From: Oculina patagonica
Taxonomy: Eukaryota
Length of the DNA: 64,000 nucleotides
Direction of reading: 5' to 3'
Assembly (NCBI RefSeq): GCF_052425735.1
Contig: NC_135769.1
Coordinates: 32,240,001 to 32,304,000, forward strand
Below, piece after piece: positions 37,390 to 54,310 of this stretch; within the stretch, counting starts at the first letter, position 1; every line of letters starts with the position of its first letter. The notes beneath the pieces are model-generated. The model was not told the origin of the DNA. It made no database searches and saw only the letters and a program-made list of their open reading frames with translations. Both the position numbers and the translations under genes were made by a program.

Positions 37390-40300
37390 TATTTCCCTAC
37401 CGGACAAATGGCGGTAAAAACAGCAACGTGCTCAAGGCATACATTAAATCCCAAAAATTTAAGACAGAAAGAAACCCTGTTGCAAGTTTCTGGCGGTTCA
37501 TCTGATTTTGAACATTCAAAACTTAACGGAACCAAGGCTCCTGACAGAACTCATGACATGTAGCCCGGCCATGGGCATGTAGCAGGATATACACACACAA
37601 GAAAATGTATAACAATGTTGCAACCGTGGCTCTCTCTCCTCTGCAGAGGCTTTTGTTGAATAGCAAAGCACGGGAGGTCTAAAAATAGAATGCAAATGAA
37701 TGTAACCCCCACGACACAATGAACGAGGCTCATAAGCGTGTTCTGAGAAAAACAGAAGGAATCTAGGCGAAGTTTCCGTTTAAGGAAAGTGTTTAAGGAA
37801 CAACGTCTGTTTTAGAAAATGTTTAAGGAAAATCGTCCGCCATTTCGGTTTTTCTGAGTCGTGACGTCACTCGCGCGCTTTGCTGATTCGTAATCTAGCG
37901 CGCGTTGGAGACTAGGGAGAGGGAAACATAAGGCGCGCAGTGCACTCTGGAGCTCTGCTTAGAAGAGCTAGCGATCTTGTGTGACTTAAGTACAGTACCT
38001 CAAAGGGGCCGAAAGTAGCTGGAATAGACACAGAATGCATAAACTGGGACAAAATTGCGAATTGTATACACACAAAGAAAATGGAGCAAGGAAATGTTCA
38101 AGTGCAGCGACACGTCGTCTGAAAAGTATCCTTACATATTTGAAGGAGATGTGTCGCTGCAGTATGTCCCTGTTACATGTCTTGTGTGTGGACACGCGTT
38201 GTGAAACTGGTTTTGTTCCTGTTCATGCCTCTTAGCCTGAATTTGAAACGTCTTTTCTGTTCGCCTTTCCTGCAACATGACTTCTTGTGTCTTGTGAAGT
38301 AGACAAGAGCTATGACAGTTTATTTCGTGTCCATACACTTAGCACACTTTTTTAAAAACAGTTTATTGAATGCTTCACATTTCGAAGTCCTAAATGTCAT
38401 CTGTATCAAAAGGTTGTTATTGACGGTCGGAAGGTAATATACTGAATATATGCCAATAAGCTTACTGGCTTGTACAATCAGCCGGAATTGAGGACGCGAT
38501 TAACGATGAAATTGAGCCCGATTGACACTACAATGAACTTTTATTTTTTACCTCTTAAACATTATCTGTTTAATTCTTTCAAGTATCGTTTCCGGCTACT
38601 GAGTTCATATCTTGCCCTGACTTCTCTGTTGTTCGAAAAATTACGTCGAAACGCAAAGTTATTTTTCCGAAAGTTTTGGTGTTTTATGCATTTGTATATG
38701 TTTGCACTAGTCCCAAACTAAGAAAAATTTGCCTCTGTCGTTTTCTAGTTTTTGACAGTTCGTTTAGACATCGTGTCCATCAGTCCCCCTCCCTCCCTTC
38801 CACCCACCCCGCTGTTCCTCCATTGAATCGAATTGAACACTCAAATGATTGGGAGCAAAGTACGAGACGGCGAAGGGTGAAGGCGCCATGATTACTGCAC
38901 ACACAAAATATCCATATAATAATTGTAAACCCCCAAAATACCGCAAATTAAACATTGTAAAATATGTTAATCTACTTTAATAACTCCCCAAAATACCCTT
39001 GGAACACGCGACTTGTTTAAAAATACAGTAGGTGAATTTGCCAGAAAATACCATGTTGAAAGCTATTGAAGCTTTGATAAATCGATATCAATCGACTTGA
39101 ACACTGAATGTGAAAGTATTCATGAACATAACAAGTGAATACCGATCCTTTCGTGTGCAAATTTTGTTTATCTTTAAAGGGAGACGCCTGCTCATAAAAT
39201 TCTTAAATTAAATCAAACATTATTTTCTTTACTGAAACTGAGATTATAGGTTTAACACATGAGGCGTCTTTTTTCAGACAAAGCCGTTTTACAAAGAAAA
39301 CAGTTTTTCGTCTCTCCAACTATATGTAGACTCTCACTGATCATTATCAATTCACCTCATCAACTCCTTTAGATTTCTTTTAATGAGAAGATCGAGAATA
39401 TGGTTGTACATCAGGACTGAACTCAAATTGATGTTTTTTCTAATTCTCATTACTTAACTCCTTGATAATGTATTGACACAGTAAGGTGAAATTAGCTTTT
39501 GATCACCAAAGTAAGCGATAGCATTAGACTATCGCAATGAATGCACGGGTTTTTTTTTTTCTCACCTATATTTGGCAACCTTTTTTAAACACCAAAAAGA
39601 GCCTAAAATGGCAAGATAAAAGACATGGAGAAAAGACAAACATTAAAAAAGAAAAATTTCCGGCTAAATCCTTCATGGAAAACAAAAGTTGTCAAGAAAT
39701 CGTTTCCGGCTCAAGTCTAAAACGTCTACCAAGGCTACACGGCCAGAACGACGGTCCATACGTGGGTCTTTTTCGTGGACTTTTGTAAATTTTTTGTTCA
39801 ATGATGATTTGTTAAAACATTGATGACTTGTTGCACTTGAAGTTTCGGAATCTACTATCGTATATTATATGCAGGGCGCATGTAAGTGTTGAAATCGCGT
39901 GTCCCATATACAAGTAATCGAATAGTCTAAATACCTTTTTGACATTCCTACTGTCTGTATTTGCTTGTGTTAGCATGATGATCAGTCCTGACCAGCCCGA
40001 TATACGAAGATTACTGAAATAGGCTTAGGCAAGGAAATGTCATTTGTTAATTAAGCAATAAACCCTTTTCCGTTTGGCCTAAAATAGTTGAAGAACCCCA
40101 TTTTTATGGCCCATAGAAGCCCGATTTCCTAAATTCCGCCCTCAAATAAAAGTAATTGAACACCGTAGCTAATGGAACAATGTTTGCTGTGTAATTTGGA
40201 GTACTTGCGAGAATACCGGATAGTTGAACGGTAGTTCTTAAGTGGCTGAAAATTTGTAAACATTCAATTATCACCACAAACGGTTGAACTCGAAGATTCG

Positions 40301-42384
40301 AGCTAAGGATTAGGCAAAAATATCAAAAAATATCACCCGCATCGTTCTGGTCGCGTGCGGCTGTGTGTTGGTTGTGCAGAATTTCTTTCGCGGAAATACC
40401 TCACTCAGCGGATTTCCCGCGCAGATCGGCTATCAGAAGATTAGCTACGCCAGCCAATTAAAAGCCAGCGTTCCCACGCCTTGTCAAGTTTGATTGACCA
40501 ATAGAAACCTTATTCAAACAATTACAGATTGTCCATTGAGCTGTCAGATCAGACGCTATGTTATCCAGGGGTGCCGCAGATACCTCATCAAGTAATTTTT
40601 CTCTGAATGAATTAAATTCTAGCGAGTCTAGCTTGTGAGAACTACAGCGATTTTCTTATTCTTTAACCTAAGCCTACATCTGGATCTAGTTCTCTTTGAA
40701 TATCTTTTTGGTTGTCTTGTTTATTGGCGCCAAAAATCCATTCATCGGCTGGAATTTTTCCCGCGTTTAATTGAGGTAAGTCATTTACAAAACCAACTGT
40801 TCATTTGACTGTCTTCATGTTTGTCTAAGAATCTAGGAACGATTTGAACAAAACCGGCGTGATTTCGCCTCTTAATAACCTGTCCATAAATCGTATTGCT
40901 TTCATATTAAATTTTCAATTATTGTCCGATATACCTCTTCAATGCATCTCTAAACAGGACGATTTAAATTCAATTATCTGCTTCGAGTATGGCAAGAAAA
41001 AATGTTTAGTCTTCGGTGCACGCGAACCGGCCGCATGCATTTGTTATTGTTCATGTCAGTAGTCCTATTTATGTACGTATTGGATTTTTGAACACCGTCT
41101 CTATTCTCGAAAGTACTTAACATACACAGATGGAAGTGTCAACTTTATCTCGGGGTTTATATCGATTGGCAATGTTTTTTACACTTACGTTTTGTTCGCG
41201 ATAGGCAAATGATAAGCCGATAGTTTCACGAAAGAGTTAAGAAAGACCCTATGGATCCCGTCTATGAAATTTCTCCAGCCGGGTAGTGAGTGAATTAGTC
41301 CAGATTACTAAATGCATGCGCAATTTTTGTTTTGTCTCTAAAATATTTCTTCTTACATTCTGAGTGGAAACGTCTGGGGTCAATTTTAAAGGTTATTACA
41401 CCTTTAGCAGCTGTTTTTCAAAGACCACCCCAAAATCGTTTTGATAAACACAGCATCCTCGTACCCAGGGTCTTCGTTCCCTTTGACTCGAGGTACGAGA
41501 ATGTAAACACAGTTTAGGCAAAGGTTGCTATGGGTTGCTTGCAATAAATGGAAGGCGTTACGCGTGACCGGATTGCGTGACCTTAACAAAAATTGAGAAC
41601 GATGAAATGGGACAAAGAAAAGTTTTGAGTTTCCGACTCATTGTAATAATAAGAAAGCAGAAAAATGTGTTTTAGAGGAGATCAAGTTGTAAGGCAGACT
41701 TTACAGCTGCAAAAACAGATTGTACAGCGTTTAAGATAAGGCTTCGACGTGGGGGTTTTTTCAGTTTGAAGAACAATGTTTTCTACAACTTAGCGCCATA
41801 ATGGTGTTATTTTGGAAAATGCCAGAAAAATTCCTTTGGAACTTGATTTTAATCAGTTGTCATCACCACTATCAACACTCAATTAGCGCATATTTCCGTC
41901 CTTTTAATCCGGACAGATCAGGATTTATATCATGTTATAAGTTCATAAATCCTGTCTATAGCCGTAAAAAGTCCTGCCTTTCTTTGAAAAACAAAAATAT
42001 TGTTCTGTTTCTTTATAAACTGCGAGCAATCTGTTACTTTTCCTAGCGTGCGAGGCGAATACAAGAACGAACTTACTTGCGAAGGACCTTGCGCATTGAC
42101 AACGCTCCTGCCGCGAGAAGCGCGGGTAGAGCGAAGGAAAAAGAAAGGGACTGCAGAGAAGCCTCGCCCTATTTTCCACCTAGTTTTCCACTCATTTGCA
42201 TAATTATTTCCTTTCCGGTCACGCGGGGACTTGAGGAAAAAGACCGACTTCTCGCATTCTAGCTATTTTCTTCTCTCTACATAACATTGCACTATTCTTT
42301 GTGATATACCATTGCTAATTCATGGGTATTCTTGTTAGTCTTTGTGAACGATCAGACGAACTTCAACCAAGAGAAACATTCACA

Positions 42385-45300
42385 ATGAGTGACAACATTG
42401 GCCAAGCGCTCGCCTTCATTGCATCAGCTAATCAAGAGCTCAGGAAACAACGAACTGAGGAAGCAGTCATTCAGTTCTGCAAGGCGTATGCGTTGGAGCC
42501 TTGTCTTGTCAAGGATCACCTGGTCACCTTGCCGCAAAACCCGTTACAAACTGTACTTTGTACCCTGGAGGACTGGTGCATTTGTGGGGGCGACTCTGCG
42601 CACTTGTTGCTGAATTCAGGAGTAACGCTTACTCTTGAACAAATCTGCGATCTCATTACGTCTCCAGGACTACGCCCAGACAGCCGCGTTGCATGGTCGA
42701 CGAAACTCAGATTGCAGATGCGAAGTAAAAGTTATATGGAAGCCATAACAACATGCTCTGAGGCGGTGAAGGTATTTTCCAATCACAGCAATGTCGTTTT
42801 CTTCCTGGTTCATCGCGCTATGGTTTACCTGCTTCTGAACGAGAAAGGCTATGCAGTGAATGATTTCATCGCCGCGTGTGACAAAGATTTTGACGCTGGT
42901 TTAGCTTGCATCAAAGAAACAGGAGTTAAACTATTCCCTGCTATTTTAGAAGCGCTTTACGAGGCAATTGCCAGACTTGCCAAGAAGTCAATAAGCTTTA
43001 GCGTAGACGAGAGGTTCTTGCTAATCAAAATTGACCGCATCGTTGTAGGCTTGAACCCCGAGGATTCTGCCACCCTTGGAGACTGCGCAAGTCACATGAT
43101 TAAACTGAACCAGTTCAAGGAAGCGGTGGTCCTGCTGTCGGATGGAATAGATCACGTGACTTCATCCGGGAAAAAAGAGAGAGCGGAAGCAGTGGAGCTG
43201 ATTCTTCAGAGAGCGCAGTGTTACTTAGCTCTGAAGGAAACCGAGTCTGCTCTGAATGACTATCTCTGTGCTGCGGCCATTGATGAAGACGTTACTCAGA
43301 TCACCATACTTGCGTCACCACACCAACATCAAAATAGTATTGCTGCCCTTTCAAAGCAACTTTCCTCCGAGCTTCTCACTCACTACCGCCTCAAAGTCAA
43401 GCTGAACAGCGCATGCTCAGTTGACACTAAAATCACCGCTGACAGCCTTGATAGAGCAGCGCAGATGTACCGGCTGTTGTATCTTATGGACAGCAATAAT
43501 GTCGACGCTTTAGTGAACGCTGCAGAGTGCTTGAAGCTTCAAGACAAAGATGCCGATGCAATCAAAACACTTGATTTGGTGCTCACACTGCGCCCATTGT
43601 GTTCCAAAGCTTACTACACGCGCGCTTTTTGCCACATGAAAACCGCTGACATGACCAACGCTCTCGCAGACTTTAACATGACACTCGACATCCAGCCAAG
43701 CTTTGTTCAAGCACTTTGCGGCCGCGCGTTTGTTTGGCTCATGAGCGGGAAACTCGAGAAAGCAGCCAAAGACTTGACAGCTGCCAGTGGGATCTCGGTT
43801 GGTGCTACAGTTACCTGGATAACGGATCTGTCAGACTGTGAACAAGAGACAATGAAAAATCAAATAAAGGAATACTTGGTAACGGCCTCGAAGAAGCGTC
43901 AACAGAACGAGGATTCGCGCAAGGAAGCCTCGCTTGTTCCTTTAGGCGATATCTTAACCCGCGCGTTTGCCACGGACTTCGAGTGCCATCTCGTGTTCGC
44001 GGAGATTTTACAGTCGTTGTGTAAAATGGATGAAGCGCAGGCGATTCTTGTTCGCTTGATAACACACAATCCCGATGACTATTTAGCTACTTTGCATCTA
44101 GCTGCGTTGAAAATGAGAAGGAAAAGAACAGCTGACGCACTAGAAGACATTTGCGCTCTCCTGAAAACGATCGGCGAGGAAAAATTGTCGAGCGCTATGC
44201 TGAGATTAACTGATGACGATCGCGCGCGTTTAACGCGCGAGGCGCATTGCGAGGGAGTGCAGAGATTCAACACCCGTTCTGGAGATGCCTCGATAGAAGG
44301 ATATTTCTCCGTGGCAATCGCTGCTTCTCCAAACAAAGCGTTTGAATCTTACGTTTGGCGTGCAAAGTTGAAAGCTTTGAAGGGAGAAACTGACTTAGCC
44401 ATCAAGGACCTTACTTCAGTGCTTGCTAAGAAGCCAAATCACGTTGAAGTGTTATGCCAGCGAGGACTTTTGTTTACCCTTAAGAACAACCGGAAGGCAA
44501 GTTATCAAGACTTGTTGCAAGCTCTACTTCTCAATACTCAAGCACTGAAGATTTTCATTCTTTCACTTCCGGAAGATCGGAAACGTCTTATTTTAGCAAC
44601 TCTTGAAGACTGTGCTCAAACGCTGTTTTCTCATTACCTGTCAAGAGGCATTCGCTCCAAGTTCATCCTAAAGCTTTGTCATTTATTGGTTCAAATTGGC
44701 GGTGACGTGGTGTCTTACCACAGCATGTACGCCGACGGACTGATTATTTTCGAAGATTACCGAAGAGCTGCCGAAGAGCTCGACATCACTGAACGACTTT
44801 GTCCCGAAGATGTGTCGGTCCTAAGCCGAAGTGGCCTTGTCCATATAAAACTGAATGAAGTTGAAACTTCAGCATCGAAGTTTCAGAAAGTGGCTAAAAT
44901 CGATTCTGAAGCAGTAAACTTTGCGCTTAAAGCTTTGAATCCGGCACAGAAGCAAAGTCTCTTTCAAGAAGCTGTCGAGAAAGCTAATCAACATACCAAC
45001 TTGAACCAAAACGACCATGCCCTGGGATTTTTCTCGCTTTCTGTTGCCGCTTCTGATGGTCAGCGGCTAGAGATTTTGCGCATGCGATCTAAATGTTTTG
45101 AACGACTTCGACGCTTCCAGGAAGCCATTGAAGACATGACGTCTGTCATTACATCCGGGATACCCATTGTTGGCGATCTCGTGGCACGTGGTAATCTTCA
45201 CTTACTCAATGACAATTTCAATGACGCATGCCTAGACTTTGTTGTTGCCATGGATACACAAGAAGTGACGGCCATGACACTGATTTCGTCCTATCCCGGG

Positions 45301-45480
45301 AGAGAAGCTGCCATCAAAGTATTTATCAAGGCTGCAATCTCTAATCTTAACCATAAGAAATTCTCTGATGGCCTCACGGTTTGCACGTACGGACTGAAGT
45401 TCGACCCCAACAACATCGAACTGAAAACTCTCAAGCGAAAGTTTGAACTTGGAGTAAGCAACAAGTGTTTTATTCAGTAA
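42385..45480 (+). CDS. TTC34: Large TPR-repeat protein, TTC34-like, ~1031 aa, single coding exon, C-terminal CaaX (CFIQ)
   Basis: Uninterrupted ORF with many TPR helices (AYYTRAFCHM..ALADFN, ALCGRAFVWL, LCQRGLL, LVARGNLHL). The probable start is 42385, after acceptor TTGTTAG (42338) with an upstream donor GAG|GTAAGT (~40775); ATG 42322 is likely intronic. Gene name is from recalled size and architecture. Confidence 0.7.
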   Translation: MSDNIGQALAFIASANQELRKQRTEEAVIQFCKAYALEPCLVKDHLVTLPQNPLQTVLCTLEDWCICGGDSAHLLLNSGVTLTLEQICDLITSPGLRPDSRVAWSTKLRLQMRSKSYMEAITTCSEAVKVFSNHSNVVFFLVHRAMVYLLLNEKGYAVNDFIAACDKDFDAGLACIKETGVKLFPAILEALYEAIARLAKKSISFSVDERFLLIKIDRIVVGLNPEDSATLGDCASHMIKLNQFKEAVVLLSDGIDHVTSSGKKERAEAVELILQRAQCYLALKETESALNDYLCAAAIDEDVTQITILASPHQHQNSIAALSKQLSSELLTHYRLKVKLNSACSVDTKITADSLDRAAQMYRLLYLMDSNNVDALVNAAECLKLQDKDADAIKTLDLVLTLRPLCSKAYYTRAFCHMKTADMTNALADFNMTLDIQPSFVQALCGRAFVWLMSGKLEKAAKDLTAASGISVGATVTWITDLSDCEQETMKNQIKEYLVTASKKRQQNEDSRKEASLVPLGDILTRAFATDFECHLVFAEILQSLCKMDEAQAILVRLITHNPDDYLATLHLAALKMRRKRTADALEDICALLKTIGEEKLSSAMLRLTDDDRARLTREAHCEGVQRFNTRSGDASIEGYFSVAIAASPNKAFESYVWRAKLKALKGETDLAIKDLTSVLAKKPNHVEVLCQRGLLFTLKNNRKASYQDLLQALLLNTQALKIFILSLPEDRKRLILATLEDCAQTLFSHYLSRGIRSKFILKLCHLLVQIGGDVVSYHSMYADGLIIFEDYRRAAEELDITERLCPEDVSVLSRSGLVHIKLNEVETSASKFQKVAKIDSEAVNFALKALNPAQKQSLFQEAVEKANQHTNLNQNDHALGFFSLSVAASDGQRLEILRMRSKCFERLRRFQEAIEDMTSVITSGIPIVGDLVARGNLHLLNDNFNDACLDFVVAMDTQEVTAMTLISSYPGREAAIKVFIKAAISNLNHKKFSDGLTVCTYGLKFDPNNIELKTLKRKFELGVSNKCFIQ

Positions 45481-47871
45481 AAAAAGTTGAATTAGTTCAA
45501 TATACGAACTGACAGCCGCGTGCCTTTTTCGTAAACTGAAATTTGTTTTAGCCATAGGAAATGTGAACGTTTGCTACTGTCGAGGAAAAAGAACATAATG
45601 AATCATATATACAATGCCATTAGCAATTATCTTTTGAAGTGACAGGAAAAAATTTGTTTCGTCTTTATGTAAAACAACACGATTTACATCAACAATTTTT
45701 AACTCGAGAAATGTTTCTGCGTGGTAAGTCAGACAGCGTGTAAAAGCGCACTAAATATTTGTTGCAATTTCGGTAACACGTTAAAAGGTTTTTGAAATAG
45801 GTACCGTATATCGAAAATCCAAAAACAATGGGCCAAGTTGTTCAGTTTCAAAGGCGATTAAAACTAATCCAGGATTAAAAGATGATCTATCCTTTGTAAA
45901 AGTGTTTTTATTACTAATGTTTTGTGGAGTTGGCGGACAGAAAATATAGACAGCGAACCTCAATGAGAAGCTATAAAACTGAATCAGACAAAACCCAGGA
46001 TAAGCTCGATCGTGCTTTAACAACCGGGTCCGGCCGTGAATTGGTTTATTAAAGACGCTCTACATACAATATTGTTACAAAAAATTGGCGTCAAACTTTG
46101 TCTCGTATCATTAAGAGTCATAATCTAGTATTTTAATATCATGATAACGACAATAAAATTCCTTGTTTTGCATAACATTACCTTTATAACTGCTCCATGA
46201 ATCTCGCAAAACCAAAAGAATGTCTTTTTCCCAAGCTATGGGTTACCTTTTCCCGCCCTTTTTACTTAGGGCGCTCCTATGTCAACAAACCAACGTCAGT
46301 CACGTGACGCTTTCGGAGTACCTGTGCTACGATTTTCAAATCTTCCGATTACAGGAACGAGGCTATGCGAGACCAACACGGACAAATCGAGTGCAAAATG
46401 GGAAAATTATTTCACACAAAAACATAACTCAACTCTTCAAGCAAAACGTTTATTAGCCTAATAAAGGAAATAATTACAATATTTACACTCACTCTAAAAC
46501 TGGTACAGACATGAAATGAATATTTTACGTACGAATAAATAAAGTTTTGCCTAAACTTGAAATTTACAATTCAAGTGCAATGCAACGAAAATTATGTGCT
46601 CACAAAAAGAACTAATGGTTAATCATATTAGTTTTTAAAACTTGGTTGATGAGGCAAATATTACCGCCTTTTTAGATTAAAGCAGTTAGCTAACATTTCG
46701 AGCGTTTTCCATCAAAGGTAACCTTTGATCAAGCGCTCTTTTTGCTTTACTTCCGACGCCGCGAAAAAAAAGAACGCTTGATCAAAGGTTACAGTAAAAG
46801 GAGAAATCACACGGGAAAACTCTCAAAATATAAGCTATTTTTAAAATCCAACACGGTGGTAGATTTGATTTTCAACTGCGTTTCGAATTCCACGAAACAA
46901 CATTCACTGATAAACTTATCTTATAGTAGTAACTCAACTTATACTAACTTATAGTAGACTGAACTACGATATCTAGAACACTCATGTTTACTTAGAAGCC
47001 ACCACATACATAACATTTCTAAACACTTCGTACAAACTAAGTATATAACAAAGAAAAAAAAACAACAAACGAACCGAACATTTCTACATACTTCTTACAA
47101 ACTATTTATACACCTTATGTACAAAATAAAATAAAAAATCACTTAAATGCATACAGTTTGGTTCTTGGGTATGAAAATGATAGTACCGGTATTTACTTAG
47201 AAAGGAAGAACCAAAATGAAAAAAAAAAAACTCGGAGAAAAATAAAAACAATGAATGCGCTTGCAATATTTCAATTGTCTTCGTGAATAATTTTCAATTT
47301 ACTTCATTCTTCACTCGAGATTTTGGTTACTATTTTATACTCTAATTTGGGTTCCAATTTACCGTTACTAACAATAAATACCTGTCGAATCACAATCATT
47401 ACTATTTACACGAGCTTGGACAGTTTAAGTTTAAAATCGAGTACATTTATACCTGGCTATACCTCTACTAACTATGGATATGCAGCGGACATATGTAATC
47501 AATTCGAAAAAATTCCTTATGCTTTTCATTAAACAGTTTTTAAAAAAACTGTTTAATGAAGAACATTAGGAATTAATTCAAATTCTTCCAGGAAGATGCG
47601 TTGTTTTAGATCAGACATGATCAAATACGTCATTCTCATGACTTGTCATTTGTAATTTGTTATAAAATAGTAACTAGAGAAAATATAAGTTTAATATCAT
47701 GCTGGAAAACAACAAAGAGATTAATAACAACAGAAGAATATAGCCAAACGACCGAAGCAATCCACGCACATTCATGCTTCATGATGTATAACACTTCTAC
47801 TTTCTTCCACGCATCACGCGCACATTTCTTCTCAAGTCACGCGTTACGCAAAGGCCCTTCGTAAAGACATT

Positions 47872-48070
47872 AGGGACCTTCAGATTGAACTACGAGTACG
47901 AGAACGACTTTTGAATTTCGACACAATAACTTTCCCCTGTTGCTGACCAACATATAAATAAACGTTAGGGAAAAGGTTAGTATGATAAGTGATTATAGGA
48001 GGCACACGAATTTGGTTTGAAAACTTGTACTCGTACTCAATCTCGTACTCGTAGTCCAATCTGAAGGTCG
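47872..48070. mobile_element. MITE in the TMEM184 3' UTR region
   Basis: GACCTTCAGATTGAACTACGAGTACGAG / CTCGTACTCGTAGTCCAATCTGAAGGTC. Confidence 0.75.
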
Positions 48071-48145
48071 TTTTATGTAGTACTTACTACACGGCTCTGT
48101 TTTCTATACTAGCTAGAAATTGGTATAAATTGATTGTGAAAAAAA

Positions 48146-51892
<3,747 letters not shown>

Positions 51893-53346
51893 GGAAACAA
51901 AAACGTCCAGATCCTTCACAAAAACTGTCAAAGTACGTCTTCTTTCTATCCTTTCCACGTTAAATCAGAGAAAACCTATTCCAACAACGCAACTTATTTG
52001 GCAAAGTTATGAAATCTCTCTTTCCGCAAACAAACTTCGTCGATGCATGCTTCCAAAAATACCCACCGTCTCGCGAGAATCCGCTGGCCGGTTACACCCG
52101 AGCAGGTGCTTTGCACGTCGAGATTATATTGATAGTCTATGACGTCGAGATGAAAGAGATGAAAGATTCTTCAGTAAACTGTTTTTGCATGATTGATTAA
52201 GTTTACTTTTTGTATCTTGTCTGGGCCAAAAACTTTTATTTTATTGGTAGCCTAGTTTGGCGAAAGTCTAAACCTTGAATAATGACAATCAACTACACAC
52301 ACATGTATAAACTTACACGGTTACGTCACTCTTCAGCTATGTCAGTCTTGACGTCATTCGTTGATCTGGTCATCAGCGTGATATCAGGTGATGGCAAGGG
52401 TGATGGGGTCGCCTCCCTCGAATAAACGTACGCCACACGTTAGGAACAACTATTAATATACGCCGAAATAGTCAATGCAGTAATAATCAAGTTTTAACAA
52501 CCCTTAAAAAATATTTCCCTAGATTGAAACAATGTTTTAAAATATTGAAAATGACTTTTCAGACAAGCACTAAAAAGTATTGTTTAATAGCAAGAAATAA
52601 ATTGAATTTTAAATAAACGCCCTCGAATAAACGCCGCACTCGAATCACGAAAAATTTTATAAAAGCCGCGGCGTTTATACCAATGCGTGGTTACAAACAC
52701 TCGCGCATTTGCTTTTGGCTGTACCACGATTATTTGGCGCCTTCATTCAAAACCGCGTCAGCTTTCGAGCTCACTGATAAGCAACCTTTTCAGTGCATGC
52801 TTTCAGGAAAGTGCCTCCTATTTCAGTTTTTCATAAGACGTCATAAGCAGCCTCAATGAAGCCAACCACCTCCGCTAGTTAAAATGTAAGCCAAGAAATA
52901 CTACTTTGTCTATTTGCCGGTATTGCCAGCTAGTTTTGAAATTTATTTGGTTTGGAATACAAAAACTAGGCGACACTATAAACATAAAAATAAAAATAAA
53001 AACAATGTGAAATAAAAGCACAAGTGTTGATGAGCTAACAACAATTTTTGGGAATTGTATATTGATTAAGTAGTGGCCTTGGACATGAAAAGAAACCATT
53101 CTCAACTACTCGCCAATTTTCAAAGTCAATAGAATGGATGAGGTCCAAGCATGTTTTGCGACGCTAGAACCACTCGCGTAACTATAGATGTCTATGAATT
53201 TCTCAGAAGTCTTAACAGTCCTGCCATGTTCTTTCGTTGTTGCAAAAGATGTAATTTTCCGTTGCCAGGAGCATGGATCGGACATAAAAAACTATCTGAA
53301 TCGCCGATGAAACCCACAGAAGGCGAACCATGAACTCCCGTATTAA

Positions 53347-53606
53347 AGCCCGGGCCGAACAAGGATGAGAGTTGACGAGAGTTCAAACCGGCTCTCGCTC
53401 TCGTTTGCCCTGAAATTCTCATGCACTGTCATCGACTCTTATGCGCTCTCACCGCCTTTCATGCACTCTCATCGACTTTTAACGTATTCAAATGTTTTAT
53501 AAGAGTCGATAAATTTTCTCTCGTTTGGCCCGAGTTGGTGATAGTCGATGAGAGTTGACGAGCGGCTCTCATGAAAGTCAACTCTCATCCTCGTCTGGCC
53601 CGAGCT
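53347..53606. mobile_element. Harbinger-like MITE
   Basis: ~30-bp TIR AGCCCGGGCCGAACAAGGATGAGAGTTGAC / GTCAACTCTCATCCTCGTCTGGCCCGAGCT; internal CTCTCATCGAC repeats. Confidence 0.75.
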
Positions 53607-54272
53607 AAGGTACAGATAGACCCGTGGCCAGCTAGGCTCTTTATTTGGTTCATATATGTGACAAGTGTCCTGTATACAGCTATACTGCTAGAATCGATCC
53701 TGTATGCCGCTAGGATCGGTCGTGTCGAAAACGCAGCTGCATGCCAGTCACGTGTTTTAGCAACCAGGCGGCGGGAACTGACACTGTCATCTGGCAGTAT
53801 TTAACACCTCGTAAATATATTAAATATATTGGTTTAAAACCTAACACCTCATAAATATATTGGCTTTAAAGTTACACAGATCACTTTGGTGTTAAAGTAA
53901 TTTATGGTTTAACGACTTACAAGAGGGCAATATCAATTTAATTGAAATTTGCACCAAACCAAAGTCGATTAGCACAAGAATTCAGAGCTGTCAGACCCAG
54001 CATGGGTGAGGTGTTTTTATGTAAATTAGCGTCCCTAGAGATAGCAAACTATATAGAGTCCAGTGCTATGAGTTCACTAACGGAAACTTTGTCAGTTCTA
54101 TCTGTAATCTTTTGCAAAAAGGACCCTGCAATAGTCGACAAAGGTTTGTACGCAACAACTTTAAATATATTTTTGCTATATTCCTTCTTTGTTGCACTCG
54201 GAAAGTTCATTTAGTTTTCGCACATTTGTTACATATTTTAACAGGACGCCGTTGAACATTTGCATTTTTATC

Positions 54273-54310
54273 TTGCTGAAGAAGGCAACAGTAGTGGCCG
54301 AAACGTCCAA
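54273..54310 (+). ncRNA. Candidate minimal type I hammerhead ribozyme (Penelope-like element terminal-repeat type)
   Basis: TTG-CTGAAGA-A-GGCAAC-AGTA-GTGGCC-GAAA-CGTC-CAA: CUGANGA core, stem II (1 mismatch), GAAA, palindromic ACGU stem III, GUC cleavage triplet, and a short stem I (TTG/CAA). Confidence 0.5.

Noticed and set aside
42322-42384. ATG at 42322 as the TPR protein start
   Set aside because: It lies just upstream of a branch point/acceptor (42338) and is likely intronic; not fully excluded.
47525-47560. AT-rich palindrome (also the hairpin at ~46717-46791)
   Set aside because: Short and most likely MITE remnants or template-switch products; no functional evidence.
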